This document shows, one piece after another, positions 55,088 through 64,000 of a stretch of DNA of 64,000 nucleotides. Origin of the DNA: Paramecium tetraurelia (Eukaryota); the NCBI GenBank assembly GCA_000165425.1, contig CT868385.1, positions 1 through 64,000 on the forward strand, in the 5' to 3' direction. The position numbers and the translations under genes were made by a program. The notes beneath the pieces are model-generated. The model saw only the letters and a program-made list of their open reading frames with translations. It ran no database searches and was not told the origin of the DNA. The stretch's first letter is position 1. The number at the start of each line of letters is the position of its first letter.

Positions 55088-57458
55088 TCAATATCTCTTA
55101 TTACCTCTGTATTGTTTCTTCTCTTACCTCTATTCTTAAGCTTAGTATTCGTTATTTCCACTTTCCTCTTTGGGCACATAAATATCGTAAGGAGTGGCTT
55201 TCGAGTTTAAATTCTTTTTGTTTTGTTGTTGTTTGTTGTTGTTTTATTTTTAATTGGTCTGTTAACCTTATTTAGCTTCTTACTTCTCCTCATATTCCTA
55301 CTAAACTTTTGGTTTGTTGGTTCCAACGTAGCCACCATCTCTATTTCTCTCCTTTTAAAGAACCTTCTTCTACTCGTTATTGCCCTAAGTTCTGTCATCT
55401 CGATCGTAGTCATCCCTTTTATAACAATCATCATCATTCCTTGAATATTCTTAATTCTTATTTTTATTTCTATAATCTTGCTTTTGTTAATTATTATTGT
55501 TGTTGTTCTTTCTTTGATACTCACTATTGTTATTCTGGTAATTATTATTATCCTTAATGTATGTCTTCATAGACTTTTCTTAATATGGACGATTATCATT
55601 GTTATTATTGTATCTATTTCCATTATCTCTTCTAAATTGATCCTCTTCATCACTGAATCCTTCCTCGTTTTGTTTCTATCTATTTTATTGCTACTGCTTA
55701 TTTGGATTTTTTAGAATTTTTATCTATTTATCATTATTGTAATCTAAATTCTGTTAACTCATGCTATGTCCTGGATTAATCTATTACTTCTTCAAAGGCT
55801 TGGCATATCTATTGAAGTGATCATTAGGAACATAGTCATCCAACTCATCATTATCACTGCTAGTGTATTCCTTCTCAGGTCTTTGCAAAGCTTCTTGATA
55901 ATCATATGTATCGTCAGGTTCATCATTATAGAGCTTAGCAGTTATTTCAGCCATTTCTATCCTATCCTTTAATGGTTAATCAAATGTCAATTTCTATTTC
56001 TTTTTTGACACTATTTCAACTAATTTTTCTTCTGCTTGAACTTGTTCATCCTCATCTTCTTAGATCTCTTATTCTTGTTCTTCAGCCTCCTATTTCTCTT
56101 ATGCCTCTATGAGGTCAAGGGGAAGAGTGGATTAGGCAGGATCAAAGTTTTCAAAGACCTCAAAATTTTCTGGCTCATTATTATTGGCTTTACCCTTGAG
56201 TCTCTCTCTCTCCTCTATTACTGTTGTCATTAGAAGGGTCACTTCTTCAATTTCCTCTTTAGGTAGATTAATCTAATTCCATGGTATGTTCAATAGTAAT
56301 TCAACCATATTAAAACCATTTTCATAAAGTGCCTCGAATAGAATCCACTCTTTATTTTGATTTGAACCTCCTTTTTTGGATTTAAATTTCCTTTTCATGA
56401 TGCCGAAATTCTAAATCAAATAATTCATATGTTCTTGGGATTGCTTAATCTGTTTGTTCGCAATCAACTCCTCCAGGTATTTCATGTAGATGACAAAGAA
56501 ATCAATAACTCTTTATACAGCTAGTTTAAGGAAGTGGTGTAAATTCTATAAGAATTAAGGTTTCCAAACACCAGTGATTTATGTTGCGCCTCTGCTATAT
56601 CCTTTAGCCAAGATCAATTCATAAAAGACCTATTCTAAACATTAAACGACTTCTGGTTTGAAAAGGTATTGTTTTTATGGGAAATACTTTGCCCAAATAA
56701 TAAGTGTTTCAATGGAATCTAAAATTAAGGTGAGTAATTCCATTTTTTATTCCACATCGCTAATAATGATTTCGCTCTCATTGGCTGATTTATTATTTAT
56801 TTAGAACATCTCCTCGTAGATTTTCCCCAGGACATTTCTCATAAAGGATTCGATGGTTGATTTGTAATCATCCTAATAAGCTTGGTAATAAAAAACAAAA
56901 GAACAAATTTTCTTCACAGCATCTACATTTATAGTCAATTAACATTACTTTCATTTTGATCAGCATATATTGTGCAAATATCAGTCAATTTCATGACATC
57001 AAAGATCCATTTCTAGTAGACAAGATCATGGACACCAATTTGTTCAAAAAGTATTGGGTCTTCATTTTGTAAATCTATTAATCGAAGATAGATGGCCAAG
57101 ACACATTTGAAAATCTCTTTGATTAGTACTCCATAATATCCTGTGAAATGTAATGGTTCCTTTAAAAAATGTTTTCTTGGTGCATATCTCAAAAATAGGT
57201 CTAAGGAATTTTGGAGGTTTAGGTTGTAGGAGACTGTGGCCCAAAATTTACTCGGGGGATACTCCAAAAGGGTTTTGTAATCTCCGAGTATTTTCTAGGC
57301 TACTTTAATATTGTCATTATTCTAATATAATGGAAAATTAGTGGTACATCATAGTCATCTCCAAGAAGACCGAAGTAATGAGTCTGATCACTCTCGTTTA
57401 TGTCTTGAGAAAGAACTTTCTTGTTTTATTTTTGAGTGTGCTTCTGTTTTTTAGACAT
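55088..57458 (-). CDS. ASCC2: Activating signal cointegrator complex subunit 2-like, with Q/N/R/D-rich tail
   Basis: KFWATVSYNLNLQNSLDLFLRYAPR, WIFDVMKLTDICTIY, YNDEPDDTYD resemble conserved ASCC2 blocks. Confidence 0.75.
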
Positions 57459-57483
57459 AAATTAAAATATTAAAGAATTTACG

Positions 57484-58239
57484 ATGATGAATTCCTCAGC
57501 TGATAAAACACCGTTGTTTAAATTTATCATAATTGGAGAAAGTGGTATTAATTAATAGTATTATTGAGGTGTCGGGAAGTCCTGTCTACTGTTGAGATAC
57601 ACAAAGGACGAATTCGTCTCTGAGTACAATGTCACAATCGGTGTGGAATTCTCTTCGAAAACAGTGGAAATTGATTAGAATTCAAAAATAAAGTTGCAGA
57701 TCTGGGATACAGCTGGATAGGAGTCATTCAGATCTATTGTAAGATCCTTTTACAGGAATGTTACTGCAGTATTTTTAGTCTATAATATCACAAGGTACAT
57801 TAATATCCCTATAAATTAGACGAGAAACATTGGAGAAGTTGGATGGGTGGTTGAAGGAGGCGAAGGAGAATGCTGCACCGAATATAGTGACTGTTTTGGT
57901 TGGAGCTCAAAATGATTTGGACGATCAGTACAAATTCTATATCATTTCTAGACGCCAAGTCTCATATGATGAAGGCAAGTCATTCATAGACGAGAAGGGA
58001 ATCAATTTATTCTTCGAAACGAGTTCCAAAAACAATGAAAATGTTGAACTGGTATTGAGTGAATTCTATAATATGCATTCACCGAAGCAGCCAAATTGGT
58101 GTTCTTAAACTATATAAACGAAACGATACGTAAAAATGACAACAAAGCATCTATTGCATTATCCGAACAGCGAGATAATCCATAATAGCAGCTACAACCA
58201 CAAAAGAAAAAGAAAAATGATGACTCAGGGTGTTGTTGA
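57484..58239 (+). CDS. Rab GTPase (Rab2/14-like, divergent)
   Basis: GESGVGKS, TIGVEF, WDTAGQESFRSI, ETSSK, C-terminal GCC*. Confidence 0.9.
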
Positions 58240-58292
58240 GAAAAGAGTAAAAAACCAACAATACATATTAATATATATATCTATATCTAAAT

Positions 58293-59805
58293 TCACATTG
58301 TATGCATACTAATTTCTGAAACCTAATTTGTTTTCGGCTTTTAAAATATAGGTCTAACAAAATTCTACTCAATTCCTCCCCACAATCCTTTTTTAAGTTT
58401 TGCCTTTTATTCTCCTATGCTCTTATAATATGAAACACTAGCGTCAGTCTCGCTAGTTTGACTCAACATAAATTCGTTTATCTGATTCAATTCAGGATCA
58501 ACTCGCTTCATTCCAATAAGACCGATGAAACTATCCAATAGGATGGAACCGAAAATGGTTGTGATCAAGACTATCACTAAAACACACCCTTAGATTATTT
58601 CACTATTTGATGTTTTAATGGTGATACAAAGTGCAAATGCTATTACACCTCTTATTAGACCAGAATACCAAACGACAAATAGTTCTTAAGTGTTTAATTT
58701 AAATTGTTTATTCATCAGAAAGTAACAGCAAGGTAAAAGAAAAACTGTAACAAATCTGGCTAAAATTACGGATAATAGCAATAATAGCGAAAAGCCCCAA
58801 GGGATTTGCTTGTAATCTACTTATAATGTTGTGATTCCCAAGTATGCAAACACAAAAGCTTCCACTAAATATCCAATAGTGTCAAATGCCAATGATGTAC
58901 CATGTTGTGCTTCATCCGAAATATTTGGATATGTGTAAACTGCCATTATAATTCCGCAACAAAATAAACTTAATATCCCGCTTAGATGTAATGACTCAGA
59001 TACTAAATAGGATGCATAGCCCAATAATAATATCAAGGAAGTCTCCTTTACAGGATGGTTAAATAAAGAATCACAATATTTAAATAACAATGATGACAGG
59101 GCCCCTACTATTACACCTACGATTAGGGACATCAGTAGTAGGTACACGAAATCAACACATAGACGTAAGGATATGGCCATGGATAAATTTGAAAAGCCTC
59201 CATCTTCTGATAAATATTTCTTGACCGACCGAAATATTAGAATCGATACAGCATCATTAAATATGCCCTCCCCAAACAAGACTGAATTGAGTATTGGGTA
59301 TTCTTTTTCTTTAATTAATGTGAGGGCAGCAACTGTGTCCTAAAGAGTAATATTTTTAACACGATTACAGTTGCACATAGAGTTGCTGTCAAAAGGAGAA
59401 TCTCATCCTATCCCATTTTCTGTTAGACCAAACTTGTTTCGTTCATAAACAAAGCAAAAGCGCTCAGGATAATGAATGTTAGGATTGTGCATATTATTCC
59501 ATGATATGAGATTAGCCAAAAATTATCGAAAAAGTGGTTTCTATGCAAATTGTAGCCTGCTGCGAAGATGATTGGAGGCAATAAGAAATTAAAGAACAAC
59601 TCCGTGTCAAAATGAATATCCTCATTAAAAATCTACATTCACATTATCACTCATACATATTTAATGAAGAGAGCCGTAAAAATGCCCATCAATATTGCAA
59701 CAACTGATTCATGAAGGAACTTGATCCTTTTTACAGCAATCACATGCGCCGTAAGAATGTAGCTCACCAATATAATTACAACAATCAATGCTTCCACTTA
59801 AAACA
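58293..59805 (-). CDS. Na+/H+ exchanger (CPA1/NHE-NHX family)
   Basis: [67 protein letters not shown]. Confidence 0.93.
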
Positions 59806-60191
59806 TAATAATATATATTAAATAAATTAAGTGGAATGGTAGTATTATTGTTAATAACTAAAAATTAATTATTTAACTTTGCACTTATTCCTAAATCTGT
59901 CCTTGAATAAGAAATACCAAACAAATTCATTTCTAATTATTCTTTAATAATAATTTTATCTTTTTACATATAGAAAGTAAGCAAGATATAGTTTATAAAA
60001 AGGGAATTGGGGTTAATCATGCATTATTATTATTTTCTAGATTTAGAATATATTATAATTAATGTTATTTCTTTTTTGACTTAATGAACAATTTTGAATA
60101 AATTCTACAATCTTATATCATCTTGTGAGATAATACTTTTATTTATAAAGATGAATATATTAATAAATTAGTATAAATATAAAAATCAAAT

Positions 60192-61974
60192 ATGAGTGAT
60201 TTAATGTCTCTACATTAATTAGCCTAGTTACAAAAGAATTTTATGAAAAGAAAAATCCTGATCAACTTAGAATGTACAAACTAGTATTGATAAAACTAGA
60301 AACCAAATACAAAGTAATTGAGGAAGCAGTTCAGCTGTTAGAATGGAAGGTCACACCTTCAGAGATTGAATGCCATATCTTTTGGAAAGATACGTATGTA
60401 ACTGATGAAGAATATCGTCGTTTATTGCCATACTAGAGAATTAATCATTTTCCAGGATCCTACATGCTCGGAAAAAAGAATGAACTTTGTCGTAATTTAA
60501 ATAAGATGCGTAAAATGTTTCCTGAGGATTACGATTTCTTCCCAAGAACATGGCAATTGCCTTATTAAAGTGAAGAGGTCAGATAAAAATAAGGAACAGG
60601 AATTTTTATTGTTAAGCCAGAAGCAAATTGTTAAGGCCGAGGAATATTTCTAACAAAAAAACTGGATCCCTTTCTAGATAAGCACTATGTCGTATAAGAA
60701 TATCTTTGCAATCCATACTTAATTGACGGCTTGAAATTTGATCTGAGGTACACATTAATTAAATATCAGAATCTACGTCCTCCTTAAGTCAATCTATCCA
60801 TTGAAGGTATTTATGTATTAGGAAGGTCTCGCGAGGTTTTCAACCAAAAAATATGTAAAGCCTTAAAAGAAAAATCTAGGCAGTGTTACAATGCATCTAA
60901 CCAATTATGCTATCAACAAAAGAAGCAAGGATTTTGTATTCAATGATGACACCAACAAAGATGACGTTGGTCATAAGCGATCATTTACTTCTGTTCTTAA
61001 AGTAATCATATCAAATATCCCAAGTATTTGCAAGATCAAGGTCATGATGTAAAATAATTACTCAATCAAATCAAATAGGTGATAGTTAAGACTATTTAAA
61101 GTGTTTAAGGAGAATTGTCTCATCTCTATAGATCATAATAACATAATAATGATGGCATCGAACAATGTTTTGAATTATTTGGATTCGATATTCTCTTAGA
61201 TTCCTCCCTTAAACCTTGGCTCCTTCAAGTCAATCATACTCCTTCATTTTCTACAGACACTCCCTTAGATAAGATCATCAAAAAAAATCTGATTATGGAT
61301 ACCTTAATACTGCTGGATGTCAAAAACAAACCCAAAAAGATATACTTAGAGCAAAAAAGGGCTCCAGTGTATTAAAGGCCCATGAAAATGAGTTAGGAAG
61401 AAAAAGAAAAAAAGTCTTCCAAAATGAGCCTCATTGAAGACAAACATTTAAATGGATACATCAAAATATATCCTGATGAAGTACATTTATATCTATTAAC
61501 AGGAAGAATAAAGATTATTATGAATAATTTATGCCTCCAAAACCTAAAGAGAGAGACAGCATGATTAATTAGTAGTTGGACTAAGTTAAAAATTTAGAGA
61601 AAACACTAAAAATCTAGGTTGAAATTAAACCTCCTAAATTAAAACCTGCCAAAAGATTATCAACGAACTAATCTTTCACTGAATTGGAAGGGTAATCTCT
61701 TTAGCAGTTAACAGGAAGAAATACTGTAATTCCTCAGGCTAGAACTACTTCTTAATAGCGTCCTTTTAGTAGCATTACAGCTATAAATAGACCTATAAGT
61801 GCTATTAGAAAGACTGTCTTTCCTAATCAACATTAAAATTTAAATACATCCTAAAATTAAAAAAGATTAGTTTATCCACCTCCTTCTGAACTTCCTCCAA
61901 AACCTATTTATAAAATGATACCTATTAAAACATTTAGCTTCCAGAAAATTGAAAATAATCAGAAAAATGAATGA
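60192..61974 (+). CDS. Tubulin polyglutamylase, TTLL6/7/13-like (catalytic Glu appears as Gln)
   Basis: [53 protein letters not shown]...[13 protein letters not shown]. Confidence 0.92.
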
Positions 61975-62345
61975 ATAATATTAATGTACTATATTTATAC
62001 GTTATAAATCATTATAGTGTTATAGATATCTATTTCTCATTAACTTTGGTATATAAAATAAAGTATGATATTTACACTTGTAGAATCTGTCAGTAGTCAT
62101 CTGATTTATTCAGTATTTTATCATAAAAGAGTTAATTTTTGAAATATTCTCTTACTTTCATATCCAGTTTATTAAGCTTCCTTTATTTTAAAATAGAACA
62201 ACTCATATAATAAATTAGATTGTTCTACTGGGATATAGATTATTTAAGTAATGTCATTTAAATAATTTACAAAAGAATAAATCATATTTAATATTATAAT
62301 AATAAAATATATACAAAATATAATTTGTAATCATGATAAATTGTT

Positions 62346-64000
62346 ATGTGGCAAGAACAAAATAGAATTCCGAAAATAGAAAGACAAGTCAATCATTAAC
62401 ATGCCCCTCCAGATTCCTTTTAAGGATCATTGAGTGGTTGAATAATCTTTATATTATTAGATTCAAGTATTTGCAATGTTGATGACACCTGTAGAGAACA
62501 ACAAGCTATTGAAATTAAACAAGTGACGTTGCAAAATTTCCAATCAAATAATATCGAAATTGTTTTACCCAAAAAGAAAGAGAAAATATTTAGTTCAAAA
62601 TTAAAAACCTGCTTTGTTGATCAATAATATGAAGAAAATTTTATAGTCAATAAAATGTAAACAGGAGTTTCTGAACACATAACAAAAAACCCATTTTAAA
62701 GCACTCAATAACCAATTAGAAAATTGAGTGACATACCGAGTGTTACTGATAGGGAATCATACTCTAGACAAAATAGTTAAATCGATTTACATTCATAAAA
62801 AGAATCAAAACAAAATATCAATTCAATCAAATAAGTTCCCATTGCTGGTAAAATTGATAGATCCAAAGTTGCTGCTAGCTATAGTTAACTGGCTTCAAAG
62901 TTATACTATGCTGATTAATCTCCTTAAATCATCAATAACCCACAGAAACTATAACAAAAGGCTCTAATTGTTCACTAATCGTTGAATAAACTCAATGTGG
63001 CTCAAAGTAATTTATAGTCTTCTCTAAATATTAACAATTGTTCGCCAAAATCTTCTAATTAAAAATATGTATTGTCTGAATAAAGCGAGTGCTTTTAAGA
63101 TTTACTCAAAGATAAAAAGCAACCCCAATAATCAACACAATAATCCCAAACCTAATAAGACTAATCCCATCGATAAATTGAAAAAATCTTATCTGACAAT
63201 GAGATTCTTTTTAAATAAGTTAATAATGGCAAATAATAAATCTTTACTGAAGGTATAAAAAGCGAAGCCAATATACTCAGACAACCAATAATTGCATTTA
63301 AGAAACACAACACAATCGTTAATTTCAAACATGTTATTTAGAGCATGCTTAATAATGATGTCTCTAAATTCTAAATGCTAATGAAAGGTATTCATCATAA
63401 TATAAGATAGATAGTAAATTTTCCTATCTAAATCAACATGACATCTTAGGCAATACGATTCTAATAACTGTAATTAAATTATATGGATTTCACAAAAAAT
63501 ATGACGAATTACTGAAAGAAGTATTAAAAATGAATCCAGATCCTTTTATCAAAAATAAACTAACTGGATGGTCAGCTATGGATGAATCCCTTTCTTAAAG
63601 ATCAATATATGCAACGGCCTTATTATTTCAATAATGTTATAGGATTAAAAGAAATGAGTTTGTAAACCAATTTTATCAATTGTCAACCGTATTATAATAG
63701 GTTCCCAATTTTTAATTAGATATGAATTGGAATTTTGACAGTCCCTTACCCTTCATTAAATTGTTGGCTCCTAATGACACCATTAAATTATACAAATATA
63801 AATAATAATTGAGATTGGATAGTACACTTGTAGGTTTTTCGAAACTGTAATGCAAACGAAGAAACATGTCTCTGTTGTTTAAACAAAATAAATTATATTA
63901 AATTAATAGATCCAATCAATTTTACACAGATCCATTAGAGGAATTAGATACTGAAGAGAAAAAATTAATTATATATGATATTTTACACAGTGAACCAGTT
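62346..64000 (+). CDS. ANKRD13-like protein (partial, runs off window)
   Basis: Low-complexity N-terminus, ankyrin-like GNTILI...GWSAMDE, then PNFQLDMNWNFDSPLPFIKLLAPNDTIKLYK...LRLDSTLVGF typical of ANKRD13. Confidence 0.75.

Noticed and set aside
55200..56240. Hydrophobic plus-strand ORFs (MLLFVVVLF..., MLLLIIIVV...) resembling membrane proteins
   Set aside because: Antisense shadows of the Q/N/K/D-rich low-complexity tail of the minus-strand ASCC2-like gene
63790..63835. LRLDSTLV as a degenerate FCP1/NIF phosphatase DLDETLV motif
   Set aside because: Flanking sequence fits ANKRD13 much better

Overview
AT-rich, very gene-dense eukaryotic DNA from a ciliate macronuclear chromosome, most likely Paramecium. 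Conserved proteins read through TAA/TAG as Gln and stop only at TGA (code 6). Introns are tiny (about 20-35 nt, GT...AG) and intergenic gaps can be as short as 11 nt. The supplied standard-code ORF track therefore fragments almost every gene, so I re-translated by hand and boundaries are approximate where noted. About 40 genes or pseudogenes are present. These include a pseudokinase, a CRC/tesmin protein, SPCS1, EF-hand proteins, a four-domain Cav/Nav-type channel, a TPR protein, an aldo-keto reductase, AGC/NEK/CDK kinases, an ABHD hydrolase, a decayed AGPS pseudogene and a long PPR protein. Also present are two bZIPs, CCT-alpha, an MFS transporter, PDI-P5, CEP44, two tandem CaaX microproteins, a CLEC16A-like protein, BRCT-PolX, LRRC9, RPLP1, a VAP-like protein, HSP60, ASCC2, a Rab, an NHE, a TTLL glutamylase and a partial ANKRD13-like gene. 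I found no RNA genes, CRISPR arrays, transposons or telomeres; there is one 150-N assembly gap. The most interesting items are the tandem RVxF-like+CaaX microproteins, a TTLL with the catalytic E->Q change, a T/E/E/E channel filter, a membrane-tethered bZIP and an 11-nt head-to-head gene pair. Several single-base lesions may be assembly errors.
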